Counted from the stretch's first letter, positions 48,457 through 59,401 are shown. The stretch is DNA of 64,000 nucleotides from Chloroflexota bacterium (GCA_027623675.1 JAQBVF010000002.1:32001-96000), one strand, 5' to 3'. Numbers and translations: made by a program. Notes: generated by a model from the sequence alone, not told the origin.

Positions 48457-49263
48457 TTAGCCGTGGACCGTTAGAATCTCCGGTCCATCTTCAGTGATGG
48501 CTATAGAATGCTCGAAATGGGCCGAGAGTTCGCCGTCGGCGGTTATCACGGTCCATTCGTCATCCAGAATCTTCGTGTGCCAGTCCCCCATGTTGAACAT
48601 CGGCTCGATGGCGATGCACATCCCAACGCGAAGCAGCGGGCCCATGCCCGCCTGCCCGTAGTTGGGCACCTGGGGGTCTTCGTGCAGGAACCGGCCAACG
48701 CCGTGTCCCACAAACTCCCGCACCACGCCGTAGCCGAGGCTCTCACCGTAGGCCTGCACCGCAGCGCCAATATCGCCGACCCGCCCGCCGGGCTGGGCCG
48801 CTTTGATACCCATTTCCAAGCTGATACGAGTGGCGTCCATCAAAGCCACGGCTTCCGGCGTTACTTCGCCAACGGCCATTGATACCGCTGCGTCGCCAAT
48901 CATGCCCTCGATGGTGGCTCCCACGTCAACCTTCACGATATCGCCCTCTTTAAGCACCCGTTTGCCGGGTATCCCGTGGACGATCTCTTCATTGACCGAA
49001 GTACAGATACTGGCAGGGAATCCCCGGTAACCCATGAATGTGGGTTTGGCTCCCTGACGAGTAATCTCTTTGTAAGCGATCTTGTCCAAATCTTTGGTGG
49101 TCATTCCAGGTTCCACCGCAGCTTTCAACAGATCGATCACCGCGCCTACGATGCCTCCCGCACGACGCATAGAGTCCAGCTCCTGGGGCGATTTAATCGT
49201 AATCCCCCCCGAGTAGGTGGACGCCGAGTTTGAGGCGGTCTCATTTTTACGGCCGCGATTCAC
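48457..49263 (-). CDS. map: Type I methionine aminopeptidase
   Basis: CTSVNEEIVHGIP, DVGA...GDAA, GHGVG..LHEDP, AIEPM, SAHFEHS. Confidence 0.96.
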   Translation of the reverse strand: MNRGRKNETASNSASTYSGGITIKSPQELDSMRRAGGIVGAVIDLLKAAVEPGMTTKDLDKIAYKEITRQGAKPTFMGYRGFPASICTSVNEEIVHGIPGKRVLKEGDIVKVDVGATIEGMIGDAAVSMAVGEVTPEAVALMDATRISLEMGIKAAQPGGRVGDIGAAVQAYGESLGYGVVREFVGHGVGRFLHEDPQVPNYGQAGMGPLLRVGMCIAIEPMFNMGDWHTKILDDEWTVITADGELSAHFEHSIAITEDGPEILTVHG

Positions 49264-49368
49264 TTTGTATATTCTACTCCCGATTGATGGCCTTGGGAAC
49301 CCAGGGGGTTATCACTATCGTTAGGTTCCGGTAAACCCGCTAGCAAGCCGCCTGGCCGAAATGGACGT

Positions 49369-50022
49369 TTAGGCGTCCAGCGCCGCCAGGACTTGTTGGT
49401 TAACATCGTCAACGGTCTGGTCTCCGGAGATGTCCACCACGACATCGCGGTCGCGGTAGAAACCCAGCACGGGCGTGGTCTCGTCGTTGTAAACCTGGAT
49501 CCGCTTCTTGACCGCCTTGGGCTGGTCGTCGTCACGCTGGTACAGTTCACCGCCGCATTGGCTGCAAACCTTGGATGCGTCCTCGCCCTCGCCGATGGAA
49601 TGCGGCGCCTGGCAATCACGGCAGACGAACCGCCCGCCCAGTCGGCGGAGCAACACCGGCTCCGGGACCTCTATGTGGACCACTTTGTCCAAGCCGCGAA
49701 CGGCGCCCGACAGGGCTTTCTCCAACTCTTCGGCCTGGTGGGGGTTCCTGGGGAACCCATCCAAGATGAACCCTTCCTCGTTGGGAACGGACAACACCTT
49801 GTCCAGAATGATGTCGATGGTAACTTCGTCGGGGACCAACTCCCCTTTGTTCATATATTCCTTGGCCCGCAGACCCAAGGCTGTGCCCTGTCCCAGATGG
49901 TATCGGAAAAGGTCGCCAGAGCTGATGTGCGTGACCTTGAGCCGGTCTCGCAGCAGTTGGGCTTGGGTGCCCTTTCCGGCGCCGGGAGGGCCGAACAGCA
50001 CGAGTCTAAGTCCCTGGGCCAT
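49369..50022 (-). CDS. adk: Adenylate kinase (Zn-binding LID)
   Basis: GPPGAGKGTQA, GELVPD, LDGFPR, CRDC...CSQC, QRDDD. Confidence 0.97.
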   Translation of the reverse strand: MAQGLRLVLFGPPGAGKGTQAQLLRDRLKVTHISSGDLFRYHLGQGTALGLRAKEYMNKGELVPDEVTIDIILDKVLSVPNEEGFILDGFPRNPHQAEELEKALSGAVRGLDKVVHIEVPEPVLLRRLGGRFVCRDCQAPHSIGEGEDASKVCSQCGGELYQRDDDQPKAVKKRIQVYNDETTPVLGFYRDRDVVVDISGDQTVDDVNQQVLAALDA

Positions 50023-51350
50023 TATCTAAGGAAACCCTCGTAGTTGCGCATCATAAGCTGCGCCTCTAGCTGACGCAGGGTATCTAGACCCACACCCACC
50101 ATGATCAACAGGCTGGTGCTGCTCAGCGATATCGCTTGAACGCCGGTTATCAGCGACGCGATATAAGGCATGATGGCGATGGTGCCCAAGAACAGGGCGC
50201 CGCCCAACGTGATGCGCACGATCACACGGTTCAGGTAGTCCTGGGTGGGTTTGCCAGGCCGGATACCCAAAACAAACCCTCCGTTCTTCTGAAGATTCTC
50301 GGCCAGTTGCTGCTGATTGAACACAACCAGCGTGTAGAAGAAGGTGAACATCACAACCAGCACGAACACCATCACCCAATATAGGGGGGATGAAGGGATC
50401 AGCAGGTCCGAGGCGAAGTTGGCCACGTCACCGATCCAAGAGGTATTGGTGGCGAAGTAGGTGGCGATGGTCCCGGGCAGAATCACGATGGAAAAGGCAA
50501 AGATCAAGGGAATCATGCCCGCCGAGTTTATGCGCAGCGGTAGATAGGTCGCGCCACTCTGCCGGTACATCCTGCCGCCCCTGAAGATGCTGCGGCCGTA
50601 TTGCACCGGGATGCGACGGTGGGCCTCGTTGAACATGACGATGGCCGCGATGATCAGAACGCCGATTATGGCGAAGAAGCCGATGCCAAGCACGTTGTCC
50701 CGGTCCAAGAAACCCCGGGTGATTAGGTTGGGGAAACCGGCGACGATTCCCGCGAAGATTATCAGGGAGATGCCGTTGCCGATGCCGCGCTCGGTAATCA
50801 TCTCACCCAACCAGACCAAGAACATGGTGCCGGCGGCGATGGAGAACAGGGCGGCGATGGTCGGCAGGAGTGCGTCGCCCGAGAATCCCACATCGGCTAT
50901 GACGTTGCTCTGCTCCAGAAGAACGAGCTGTCCGTACCCTTGGGCAAAGGCGATGGGGATGGTGATCCAGTGGGTCAGCCGGTTCATCTTGGCTCGGCCG
51001 GCTTCGCCCTCGCGGGCCATGTCTTGGAGCGTTGGAATGACCGGAGTCAGCAACTGGATGATGATTGACGAAGTTATATAGGGGAAAACGCCCAGCGCTA
51101 CGATGCTCATACGGCTGAGGGCCCCGCCACTGAAGAGGTCCAAGAAGCCAAGTAGTTCGTTGTTCCGGAAGAGGTTATCCAGCTGTACCTGGTCGATACC
51201 CGGAAGAGGAATATGGGCGACGAACCGGTAGAGGGCCAATATGGCCAGGGTGAAAAGAATCTTGGCCCGCAAGTCGGGGAGGCTGAAGGCGTCGATCGCC
51301 GCCTGAATCAGCTTAGGGAATTTACCAGCCTGGGCCTCGGCGTTCATCAT
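50022..51350 (-). CDS. secY: Preprotein translocase subunit SecY
   Basis: ALGVFPYITSSII, WLGEMITERGIGNGISL, AGMIPLIFA, GIRPG, TSLLIMVGV. Confidence 0.97.
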   Translation of the reverse strand: MMNAEAQAGKFPKLIQAAIDAFSLPDLRAKILFTLAILALYRFVAHIPLPGIDQVQLDNLFRNNELLGFLDLFSGGALSRMSIVALGVFPYITSSIIIQLLTPVIPTLQDMAREGEAGRAKMNRLTHWITIPIAFAQGYGQLVLLEQSNVIADVGFSGDALLPTIAALFSIAAGTMFLVWLGEMITERGIGNGISLIIFAGIVAGFPNLITRGFLDRDNVLGIGFFAIIGVLIIAAIVMFNEAHRRIPVQYGRSIFRGGRMYRQSGATYLPLRINSAGMIPLIFAFSIVILPGTIATYFATNTSWIGDVANFASDLLIPSSPLYWVMVFVLVVMFTFFYTLVVFNQQQLAENLQKNGGFVLGIRPGKPTQDYLNRVIVRITLGGALFLGTIAIMPYIASLITGVQAISLSSTSLLIMVGVGLDTLRQLEAQLMMRNYEGFLR

Positions 51351-51799
51351 TACGCCGAGGTCTCCTCCGCTGTTCCTTTGGCCGCTTCGATCTTCGCTTT
51401 GGCGGAGCGGGTGAATCTGGCGGCCACCACGGTCACAGCCTTGCTGATCTCACCGTCGCCCACGATCTTCACCGGCAGGTTCAAGTTCCGCAGGAAACCC
51501 TTCTCCAAAAGGAGTTCGGGGGTGATGCGCTCTCCGGCGTCAAATAGGTCCAGCGTGGTCAGTTTGATCAGGGAGTAATAGGTCTTGAACGGGTTGTGGA
51601 AGCCCCGTTTCATGGGCAGTCCCTTGATCAAAGGCAACTGACCGCCTTCAAACCATATGGGCGGTCCGCCGCCGGAGCGGGACTTCTGGCCCTTCATGCC
51701 ACGGCCGGCAGTGCTGCCTTGTCCTGCCGCGTCACCGCGGCCGATCCGTTTTCTGCTTTTCCTGGCTCCCTTGGAAGGGGCCAGCTGATGTTCCATCAT
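51350..51799 (-). CDS. rplO: 50S ribosomal protein L15
   Basis: RIGRG, GRGMKGQKSRSG, FEGGQLPL. Confidence 0.97.
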   Translation of the reverse strand: MMEHQLAPSKGARKSRKRIGRGDAAGQGSTAGRGMKGQKSRSGGGPPIWFEGGQLPLIKGLPMKRGFHNPFKTYYSLIKLTTLDLFDAGERITPELLLEKGFLRNLNLPVKIVGDGEISKAVTVVAARFTRSAKAKIEAAKGTAEETSA

Positions 51800-51960
51800 A
51801 AGAGGGGCCTCATTAAGATGTGACGTAACCTGTTAGAGGAGCGCCTACGCCATGTATCTGATTCTAACTGCCTTGTGGCCGTGGTTAAACGATTTGATCG
51901 CCAGCGAAACCCCAGTTTACCGCCGCTGAGGGTTCACAAACGTCCTAAAGGGCAGAGTAG

Positions 51961-52140
51961 CTAGGCTATTTCGACCTTTACCATGTGGCTGACCTTGTTA
52001 ACCATGCCGCGGATGGTCGGTGAGTCCTGGTGGACCACCGTATGGTGCAGGCGCCGCAGACCCAGCGACTCGATGATTCGGCGCTGGATTCCGGGGCGGC
52101 CGATACCGCTCCTGGTCAAAGTGATCTTTATTTCCGCCAT
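51961..52140 (-). CDS. rpmD: 50S ribosomal protein L30
   Basis: Below ORF-track cutoff. Manual translation [59 protein letters not shown]. Confidence 0.95.
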   Translation of the reverse strand: MAEIKITLTRSGIGRPGIQRRIIESLGLRRLHHTVVHQDSPTIRGMVNKVSHMVKVEIA

Positions 52141-52194
52141 ATCGTCTCGTCCAGTGTTTTCGGGTTGGGTCTTTCCGGTTTTAATGATGCGAAG

Positions 52195-52767
52195 TTACGC
52201 TTCGACCGGCACTTCTTTCGCGGGTTGTTCCTTGGACGGGACCGGCCGGCCGAGGCGGCGCGCGATCTCAACCTCAGGGTCCTTCAATTGGCGCAGGGCT
52301 TCCATCGTCGCGTATACGATATTGATCGGGTTCCTGGATCCAAGGGATTTTCCGACCACGTCTTTCACGCCGCCCAGTTCCAAGATGGCGCGCATGGCGC
52401 CGGCCGCGATCACCCCGGTCCCTTCGCGGGCGGGCTTAATCATGACGATGGTCGCGCCCTTCTTGACCGTGATCTTCTGGGGAATGGTGCTTCCAATCAG
52501 CGGAATGGTGACCGTCTCGCGCCTGGCTACCGCATTGCCTTTTCTGACGGCGTCGGGAATCACGAGGGCCTTGCCCAAGCCAGCGCCTACCTGCCCTTGA
52601 CCGTCACCAACGACGACCAGGGCGTTGAACCGGAGCCGACGGCCTCCCTTTACAACTTTGGAGATACGGCGGGTAAAGACGACCCTCTCGGTGAATCCAC
52701 CGGTGTCTTCATCCCGGCCTCGTCCTCGGTCTCGATCAGAGAAGAACCTATTTGGGGCTTGGACCAT
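52195..52767 (-). CDS. rpsE: 30S ribosomal protein S5
   Basis: RISKVVKGGRRLRFNALVVVGD, GTGVIA, KSLGS.NPIN. Confidence 0.97.
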   Translation of the reverse strand: MVQAPNRFFSDRDRGRGRDEDTGGFTERVVFTRRISKVVKGGRRLRFNALVVVGDGQGQVGAGLGKALVIPDAVRKGNAVARRETVTIPLIGSTIPQKITVKKGATIVMIKPAREGTGVIAAGAMRAILELGGVKDVVGKSLGSRNPINIVYATMEALRQLKDPEVEIARRLGRPVPSKEQPAKEVPVEA

Positions 52768-52830
52768 TAGCGAGCTAGACCTCCCAGTCTCCGCGGAAAA
52801 TCGCGTGGGTTATTCAGGTTGATTAATATA

Positions 52831-53199
52831 TTAGAACTTCAGACCGGCTTCCCGGGTAGCTTCGGCGAGGGCTTTGACCCGGCCATGGTATTTGCATCCG
52901 CCCCGGTCAAACACGACCTGTGTGACGCCTGCGGCCTGGGCCCTTTCTGCCACCAGCTTCCCCACCGCGGCTGATGCCGCGATCTTGGGGGTGATGGGAC
53001 CGCCGGCTTCCTTGATGGCGTCGGCGCTGGATGCCGCCACCAGAGTGGTCCCTGTGGTGTCGTCGATCACCTGAGCGTAGATGTGCTGCAGGCTGCGGAA
53101 TACGGCCAGCCTGGGCCGTTCCGGCGTGCCGGACACTTTGTTGCGAAGCCTGACGTGGCGTATCTTCCGGAGACTTTTCGCGTTCTTATCTTTAGGCAT
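52831..53199 (-). CDS. rplR: 50S ribosomal protein L18
   Basis: [28 protein letters not shown]. Confidence 0.97.
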   Translation of the reverse strand: MPKDKNAKSLRKIRHVRLRNKVSGTPERPRLAVFRSLQHIYAQVIDDTTGTTLVAASSADAIKEAGGPITPKIAASAAVGKLVAERAQAAGVTQVVFDRGGCKYHGRVKALAEATREAGLKF

Positions 53200-53236
53200 G
53201 TTTGTTTCTTTATCAGCGCGGCGCCGTATTCAGGCC

Positions 53237-53809
53237 TTAGGCCTTTCTGGCGGCCGCCTTTCCTGGCTTAAAGTGTAGGGTTTCGTCGGAGTACCTGATG
53301 CCCTTTTCCTTATACGTGTTGGGCGGGCGGACCCTCCGCACGTTGGCCGCAAGTTGGCCTACTTTTTGCTTGTCGATACCCCGAACGTGTATTCGTGTTG
53401 GTCCTTCCACCTCCAGAGTTACACCCTCTTCAGGATGCATCTCCACAGGGTGGCTGTAGCCCACATTCAAGATGATTCCGTTGCCGGCGGCGGCGACCCT
53501 ATATCCGACGCCCATGATCTCAAGCGTCCTAGTGAAGCCTTCCGAAACCCCGATCACGGCATTGGATATCAGGCTGCGGGTTAGGCCGTGCAACGAATGG
53601 TGGAATTTGTTGTCCGAGTGACGCTCCACCAGGATCTCGCCGTCCCCAACCTTAACCACCACTTCGGGGTGGTACTTCTGCTCGATCGTCCCCCTAGGAC
53701 CGGTGACTTTGACCCCGCCGTACTGGACTTCTACCTGAACGCCGTCGGGCACAGGTATGGCCTTCCGGCCGATGCGGGAGAGTGTTTTCTCTTGTTTCTT
53801 TTCGTTCAT
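53237..53809 (-). CDS. rplF: 50S ribosomal protein L6
   Basis: SRIGRKAI, GVGYR, GYSHP, YKEKGIRY. Short N-terminal extension. Confidence 0.97.
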   Translation of the reverse strand: MNEKKQEKTLSRIGRKAIPVPDGVQVEVQYGGVKVTGPRGTIEQKYHPEVVVKVGDGEILVERHSDNKFHHSLHGLTRSLISNAVIGVSEGFTRTLEIMGVGYRVAAAGNGIILNVGYSHPVEMHPEEGVTLEVEGPTRIHVRGIDKQKVGQLAANVRRVRPPNTYKEKGIRYSDETLHFKPGKAAARKA

Positions 53810-53859
53810 AACCGGTTTACCAGACTAAACAGAGTAGTTAAAGACATTCTTAGATCCGT

Positions 53860-54258
53860 CTACCAGACGTAGCAGAGCAGTTCCCCGCCAACGCCTTGAC
53901 GCCAGGCGTTTCTCCCGGCCATTACGCCTTTGGAGGTGGAGACGATGGCCAGTCCGATGCCGCCGTAGACCCGGGGTATCTCACCCTTGCCCACATAGAC
54001 CCTCAGTCCCGGTTTGCTCACGCGTTTCAGACCCGAGATGGCCGGCTGCCGTCCTTCGCGGTAGGTCAGGTGCAGGCGGATGGTCGGATGGGCCTGGGCC
54101 CGGGGTATGTCGAAGTCTCGGATAAAACCCTCATCTTTGAGAATCTTGGCCAAGGCCAACTTCATCTTGGAATGCGGGAGACTAACGGAATCGTGACGCA
54201 CCTGTATGGCGTTACGGATCCGCGTAAGCATGTCTGCAATTGGGTCGGTTACCGGCAT
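53860..54258 (-). CDS. rpsH: 30S ribosomal protein S8
   Basis: [35 protein letters not shown]. Confidence 0.97.
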   Translation of the reverse strand: MPVTDPIADMLTRIRNAIQVRHDSVSLPHSKMKLALAKILKDEGFIRDFDIPRAQAHPTIRLHLTYREGRQPAISGLKRVSKPGLRVYVGKGEIPRVYGGIGLAIVSTSKGVMAGRNAWRQGVGGELLCYVW

Positions 54259-54322
54259 TTTAGGTCTTTCTCCCCTTTCCGCCTGAAGTTATCTAGTTCG
54301 TGCATCAGTGACATCCGGGTGG

Positions 54323-54508
54323 CTACAAGCTGGCCTTGCGCACGCCGGGCAATTCTCCGTTCAGAGCCATTCCCCGGAAACAGATGCGGCACAGCCCGGT
54401 GTACCTGTTATAGGCACGCGGCCTCGCGCATTTGTGGCACCGGTTGTAACCCCGGACTTTGAATTTAGGCTCCCTGAGCCATTTTTGGACCATTGATGTT
54501 TTTGCCAA
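54323..54508 (-). CDS. rpsN: 30S ribosomal protein S14, Zn-binding (type Z)
   Basis: TTG start after GGAGG. MAKTSM...RCHKCARPR...LCRICFR...[11 protein letters not shown]. Confidence 0.96.
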   Translation of the reverse strand: MAKTSMVQKWLREPKFKVRGYNRCHKCARPRAYNRYTGLCRICFRGMALNGELPGVRKASL

Positions 54509-54551
54509 CGACGCCTCCGTTAGGCTCTTCCGTGTTAATAGACCGGTTTGC

Positions 54552-55292
54552 TTAGGCCTCGACCGTGTCTTTGATAAAGGGCATACCGTAGAGTTCCAGC
54601 AAGCGGATCGCCTCGGCGTCATTCTTGGCCGTGGTGGCGATGGTCACCTGCAGTCCGCGTATCTTGTCTATCTGGTTGTAATCAATCTCCGGGAAGATGA
54701 TCTGCTCCCGGATCCCGATCGTGTAATTTCCCCGACCGTCCAGGCCGCGCCTTTGCAGGCCCCTGAAGTCCCGGATACGTGGAAGGGCCGTGTTTATCAG
54801 GCGGTCCAAGAAGTGGTACATACGGGCGCCCCTAAGAGTAACCGCAGTGCCGATGGCGTTGCCCTGCCTGATCTTGAATCCGGCGATGGACTTTTTCGCC
54901 CGCGTAATCACCGGTTTCTGACCGCTGATGATGGTCAGGTCGTTGCTGGCGGCCTCCATGGCCCGTCCGTTGGTCAGCGCCTCGCCCACGCCGATGTTCA
55001 GAACAATCTTCTGCAGGCGGGGCACCTCCATGGTGTTGTCGTAATTGAATTCCTGCACCATGGCGGGAATGATCGTCGTCTTGAATTGTTCATAGAGACG
55101 CGGCGGAGGCGGTGGCTCCGTTGGCGGTCCTAGTTCGGCAGGGGCATTCCGGCCGCCACCCGTGCGTTCCCGCCTGGAACGGCGAGGGGCTTCCTGCGTC
55201 ACGGCCTCGGCAGCTTCCGAACTCTCAAGTTCGGCTACCGTTTCTTGAGATTCTTCCGCGCCCTCTGGTTGTTGTCTCTCGTCATCGAGCAT
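54552..55292 (-). CDS. rplE: 50S ribosomal protein L5 (with N-terminal extension)
   Basis: [41 protein letters not shown]. Confidence 0.96.
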   Translation of the reverse strand: MLDDERQQPEGAEESQETVAELESSEAAEAVTQEAPRRSRRERTGGGRNAPAELGPPTEPPPPPRLYEQFKTTIIPAMVQEFNYDNTMEVPRLQKIVLNIGVGEALTNGRAMEAASNDLTIISGQKPVITRAKKSIAGFKIRQGNAIGTAVTLRGARMYHFLDRLINTALPRIRDFRGLQRRGLDGRGNYTIGIREQIIFPEIDYNQIDKIRGLQVTIATTAKNDAEAIRLLELYGMPFIKDTVEA

Positions 55293-55602
55293 CGTCGATT
55301 ACTTCCTGGCATTTGGTGCAACTGCGAACCCTGGAGCCCGTGTCCAAGAAAACGGTCTTGGGCTTGGTGGGCGCGTTGCATTTATTACAGATCAGAACCA
55401 CGTTTGAGGCATGGATCGACGCCTCTTTCTGGATGCGCCCGCCCTGGCTCACACCGGGCCTGGGCTTCATGTGGCGTGTCACCAAGTTTACACCCTCGAC
55501 AACCACACGTTCATTTTCACGGTCCTGGCGTTCAACCCGGCCGGTCTTGCCCTTCTCTTTCCCGGCGATCACCAGCACATTGTCTCCGGTGCGGACTCGC
55601 AT
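55282..55602 (-). CDS. rplX: 50S ribosomal protein L24
   Basis: [28 protein letters not shown]. Confidence 0.96.
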   Translation of the reverse strand: MRVRTGDNVLVIAGKEKGKTGRVERQDRENERVVVEGVNLVTRHMKPRPGVSQGGRIQKEASIHASNVVLICNKCNAPTKPKTVFLDTGSRVRSCTKCQEVIDDAR

Positions 55603-55970
55603 CAGACCACCTCCGGCGCAAGGGACACGATCCGCATGAACCCCTTGTCTCTCAGTTCACGGGCGACCGGGCCAAAGATGCGGGTGCCCCTGGGCAGTTG
55701 GTCGTCGGCGATCAATACCGCCGCGTTGTCGTCAAACTTGATGTAGGTCCCATCGGGCCGGCGGCGGGGTTGGGCTTGGCGAATGACCACGGCCTTGACC
55801 ACCTCTCCCTTCCGGACCGGCGAGTTGGGGGCGGCTTCCCTCACGTTGCACACGATGATATCGCCCACGTGAGCGTACCTGCGCCTGCTGCTCCCGGGTA
55901 TGTTAATAAGGCGTATAACCTTGGCCCCACTATTGTCGGCCACCTTCAGCCGGGTATAGGTCTGAATCAT
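55602..55970 (-). CDS. rplN: 50S ribosomal protein L14
   Basis: [38 protein letters not shown]. Confidence 0.97.
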   Translation of the reverse strand: MIQTYTRLKVADNSGAKVIRLINIPGSSRRRYAHVGDIIVCNVREAAPNSPVRKGEVVKAVVIRQAQPRRRPDGTYIKFDDNAAVLIADDQLPRGTRIFGPVARELRDKGFMRIVSLAPEVV

Positions 55971-56509
55971 TCCTTTTCTTCCTGTTCACCTTCGTCACCG
56001 CTCTCGGAATCATCAGCTTCAGCGTCTTCTTCAGCTTCGACTGGTTCCTCTTCGGCGACAAGCTCTTCATCAGAGGCGTCGTCAGCCTCTGGTTCTTCTA
56101 CTTCCAATTCTTCAACGGCAGACGCTTCCATTGCATTGTCCGCGGTATCACCACTGGAGTCGTCTTCGGCTGCCCTGGCCTCCGCAGCCGCGATGCGGGG
56201 CTGGGTAATTTCTTGGCTGACATCGGTCTCCACATCTATGGGGCGGACCTCAGCAATCTGCTTGCGTTCCAGTATCGCCATGAGTCGCCAGTGCTTGCTC
56301 TTGGAGATACGCCTGGTCTCTTCGATACGAACGGTATCGCCCAGGACACACTTGTTCTCCGGGTCGTGCACGTAGAAACGCGCTACCCGGCGCACCTGCT
56401 TCCGGTAGAGCCGGTGACGCTGTTTCCAAACCATCTCAACGATGGCGGTCTTGTCTTGAGAGTTCCGCACGACTGCGCCGACGCGGACTTTGCGCATGGA
56501 CCTTGCCAC
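55967..56509 (-). CDS. rpsQ: 30S ribosomal protein S17 (with long acidic C-terminal extension)
   Basis: [38 protein letters not shown]. Confidence 0.94.
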   Translation of the reverse strand: MARSMRKVRVGAVVRNSQDKTAIVEMVWKQRHRLYRKQVRRVARFYVHDPENKCVLGDTVRIEETRRISKSKHWRLMAILERKQIAEVRPIDVETDVSQEITQPRIAAAEARAAEDDSSGDTADNAMEASAVEELEVEEPEADDASDEELVAEEEPVEAEEDAEADDSESGDEGEQEEKE

Positions 56510-56709
56510 TAGCCAGCCTCCTGGATCTGCCGTTCTTTAATCACCGTCCGGAGCCTGGCAATGGTCTTTTTAACCGTGTTGGGCTCGTTGGAATCGGGCA
56601 ACTGGTTGGTCGCGGCGCGGAAACGAAGATTCATCAATTCCCGGCCGGCTTTCTCCAGCTCCTCGTACAACTGATCGTTGCTTAGTTCTCTGATTTCGTG
56701 GGCACGCAT
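56509..56709 (-). CDS. rpmC: 50S ribosomal protein L29
   Basis: EIRELS, ELMNLRF, KKTIARLRT. Confidence 0.95.
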   Translation of the reverse strand: MRAHEIRELSNDQLYEELEKAGRELMNLRFRAATNQLPDSNEPNTVKKTIARLRTVIKERQIQEAG

Positions 56710-56712
56710 GGG

Positions 56713-57153
56713 TTAAACCAAGCCGTTGGCCACGGCGGCGGCCAAACGGTCTCTTACGACTGTCTTCGTGGGGATCGGCAACTTTTGCGAGGCCAGGCGA
56801 AGTGCCTGGACCGCCTCTTCGTGGGGCACTCCGGCCACCTCAAAGAGCACCTTGCCCGGTTTTACCACTGCCACCCAGTATTCATTGGCGGCTTTTCCGC
56901 CGCCCATGCGGGTTTCAGCGGCTTTCTTGCTGACGGCCTTGTCAGGGAAAACCCTGACCCAGACCTGTCCACCGCGCTTTAAGTGCCGGGTTACGGCGAC
57001 GCGGGCGGCTTCGATCTGCCTGGCGGTGATCCATGAGGCCTCCATGGCCTTAAGACCGATCTCGCCGAAGGAAACCGAACTTCCGGTGATCGCGGTTCCC
57101 CGCATCTTGCCACGGAAGTGCTTCCTAAATTTTGAGCGTTTGGGTTGCAGCAT
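56713..57153 (-). CDS. rplP: 50S ribosomal protein L16
   Basis: MLQPKR.KFRK, QIEAAR, RVFPDK, RMGGGK. Confidence 0.97.
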   Translation of the reverse strand: MLQPKRSKFRKHFRGKMRGTAITGSSVSFGEIGLKAMEASWITARQIEAARVAVTRHLKRGGQVWVRVFPDKAVSKKAAETRMGGGKAANEYWVAVVKPGKVLFEVAGVPHEEAVQALRLASQKLPIPTKTVVRDRLAAAVANGLV

Positions 57154-57174
57154 GGGTTGCTCCTAGTCCGGTCC

Positions 57175-57918
57175 CTATTCGGGGTTTTCCAGTTCGACGG
57201 CCCCGAGGGCTTCTTCGATGTCCTCTGCCTGTACCGTTACTTCGATGTTATCCAGTTCTTCGACTTCTTCAGCCCGGGGCGGCAGCACCTCGCCGTGGTA
57301 GACCCAGGTCTTGACGCCAACCTGTCCCATCGCGGTGTGCGCCTCAGCCAAGGAGTAGTCAATGTCGGCCCGAAGGGTGTGCAGGGGCACTCGGCCGATC
57401 ATCAGTTTCTCGACGCGGGCAATCTCCGACCCGGTGATGCGTCCCTTGATGATGATCTTTATGCCTTCGGCGCCCGCCTGCATGCACCTTTGCGCCGCCT
57501 GCCGCATCGCCCGGCGGTAGGCAACCCTACGCTCCAACTGCTCGGCCACGTTCCGGCCCACCAGATAGGCGTTGGTCTCAGGGTGCTCGATCTCGACGAT
57601 ATTGAGCTGTATCCGGCTTTCGGTGATGGCTTCGAGCTTGGCACGCAGGTTCTTGACCCGTTCGCCGTCCCGTCCGATCAGTATCCCAGGACGGGCCGAG
57701 TGGATATTGATGACGCTGTCTTGGGCGCCGCGGTCAATCTCAACCTTGGCGATACCGGCATCGGAGAACGCCTTGTACTCGTTCTTGATGCTATCGCGAA
57801 GCCGCAGGTCCTGGGTCACCAAGTCACGATAGGAACTGCTGTTGCCAGCGTACCAATGGGCCTTCCAGTCCTTGATGATACCCAGGCGGAAACCGTATGG
57901 GTGGGTCTTATGCCCCAT
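57175..57918 (-). CDS. rpsC: 30S ribosomal protein S3 (acidic C-terminal tail)
   Basis: MGHKTHPYGFRLG, ARPGILIGR, GRVPLHTLRADIDY. Confidence 0.97.
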   Translation of the reverse strand: MGHKTHPYGFRLGIIKDWKAHWYAGNSSSYRDLVTQDLRLRDSIKNEYKAFSDAGIAKVEIDRGAQDSVINIHSARPGILIGRDGERVKNLRAKLEAITESRIQLNIVEIEHPETNAYLVGRNVAEQLERRVAYRRAMRQAAQRCMQAGAEGIKIIIKGRITGSEIARVEKLMIGRVPLHTLRADIDYSLAEAHTAMGQVGVKTWVYHGEVLPPRAEEVEELDNIEVTVQAEDIEEALGAVELENPE

Positions 57919-57920
57919 TC

Positions 57921-58268
57921 CTAGCTCCTATTCTCGTCTTCGTCCACAACCACCATTACGTGGCTGGAGCGCTTGATTATCCGCCCGATTCGGCCTCTGG
58001 CCCGGGGCCGAAAGCGCTTAATCGACTTGGCGTTGTCTGCCGATATGTGGACGATCCGTAGATTGTCCCGGTCCATCAGCATGTTGTTCTCGGCGTTGGC
58101 CGCCGCCGACGCCACTACCTTAGCCACCGACTTCGCCCAAGGCGAGGGCAACAGATTAAGGCTATTCAGGGCGTCGTCCACCCGCTGGCCTCTTACGAGG
58201 TCCAAGATGGGCTTGAGCCTCTTTTGGGAGGTCCCCAGTGATTTGGCTAATGCTTTTACGGGTGGCAT
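57921..58268 (-). CDS. rplV: 50S ribosomal protein L22
   Basis: SAAANAENN, KRFRPRARGR, KRSSH. Confidence 0.96.
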   Translation of the reverse strand: MPPVKALAKSLGTSQKRLKPILDLVRGQRVDDALNSLNLLPSPWAKSVAKVVASAAANAENNMLMDRDNLRIVHISADNAKSIKRFRPRARGRIGRIIKRSSHVMVVVDEDENRS

Positions 58269-58272
58269 TGGT

Positions 58273-58557
58273 TTACCTCACCCGGCTGGTGCGTTCGGAC
58301 CGTGATATATGACCGCGAAAGGTCCTGGTGGGAGAGAACTCTCCCAGCCGGTGACCGACCATGTTTTCAGTGATGAACACCGGCACGTGCCGGCGGCCGT
58401 CATGGACCCCAATCGTCAACCCAACCATCTCTGGCATGATCATGGAGGCGCGGGCCCAAGTCCGAATGACCGTGTTGGCCCCGGAGCGCTGCACCGCTTC
58501 CACGTGTTTCATCAATTTGGGATGGACGTAAGGTCCCTTTTTAATCGAACGGGACAT
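58273..58557 (-). CDS. rpsS: 30S ribosomal protein S19
   Basis: [33 protein letters not shown]. Start trimmed from the longer ORF. Confidence 0.97.
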   Translation of the reverse strand: MSRSIKKGPYVHPKLMKHVEAVQRSGANTVIRTWARASMIMPEMVGLTIGVHDGRRHVPVFITENMVGHRLGEFSPTRTFRGHISRSERTSRVR

Positions 58558-58558
58558 C

Positions 58559-59392
58559 TTAGCGTCTCCTGGTTCTGCGCATGATAAATTTGCTCGACGC
58601 CTTCTTCTTGCGGCGCGTCTTGTAACCCAAGGTGGGTTTGCCCCAGGGCGACTTGGGCCCCGGCATGCCGATGGGGGAGCGGCCCTCACCACCACCATGG
58701 GGGTGGTCCACTGGGTTCTTGGCCACACCGCGGACCTGCGGGCGGCGGCCCTTGTGGCGGGTTGCCCCAGCCTTGCCCAGGCTTTCATTCTTATGGTCGG
58801 GGTTGGAGAGTTGTCCCACACTGGCGCGGCAACGCAGCAACACCCGCCGCATCTCGCCAGAGGGCAGACGCACCAACACGTATTCGCCTTCCCGTGACAG
58901 CAGCTGGGCGCCGGTGCCGGCGCCCCGGACGATCTGTCCGCCCCTACCCGGAGTCAATTCCATATTGTGGACCACGGTTCCGGTAGGTATGTTCGCCAAC
59001 GGCAGGCAGTTGCCCAGGCTGATCTCGGCATCCGGCCCGGACTGGACCAGGGAGCCTACCTCCAGCCCGTGGGGGGCTAGGATGTAGCTCTTCTCGCCGT
59101 CCACGTAGTAGATCAAAGCGATGCGGGTGGTCCGGTTCGGGTCGTACTCGATGGACTTTACGCGGCCAGGGACCCCGTCCTTGATCCGCTTGAAGTCAAC
59201 CTTGCGGTACATGCGCCGCGATCCGCCGCCGCGGCTCCGGGTGGTGATCCGTCCCCGGTTGTTGCGCCCGGCATGGTTCTGCTTGGCTTCGACGAGGGAC
59301 TTTTCCGGCTTGGTGGCGGTGAGCTCTTCGAAAGAAGGGCGTACCGCGTTCCGGGTTCCCGGTGTTCTCGGTTTTAGATTCTTAAGCGGCAT
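58559..59392 (-). CDS. rplB: 50S ribosomal protein L2
   Basis: [35 protein letters not shown]. Confidence 0.98.
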   Translation of the reverse strand: MPLKNLKPRTPGTRNAVRPSFEELTATKPEKSLVEAKQNHAGRNNRGRITTRSRGGGSRRMYRKVDFKRIKDGVPGRVKSIEYDPNRTTRIALIYYVDGEKSYILAPHGLEVGSLVQSGPDAEISLGNCLPLANIPTGTVVHNMELTPGRGGQIVRGAGTGAQLLSREGEYVLVRLPSGEMRRVLLRCRASVGQLSNPDHKNESLGKAGATRHKGRRPQVRGVAKNPVDHPHGGGEGRSPIGMPGPKSPWGKPTLGYKTRRKKKASSKFIMRRTRRR

Positions 59393-59401
59393 GCGAGGTT
59401 T

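Noticed and set aside
46434..55602. Cys-rich Zn motifs in S4, L36, S14, L24 and Adk as a novelty
   Set aside because: These are well-known Zn-binding variants in many phyla.
58273..58821. 182-aa S19 and other long upstream extensions in the ORF track (S14, S4, metK, hyuB)
   Set aside because: The extensions overlap the upstream genes, and SD-supported conserved starts lie downstream.
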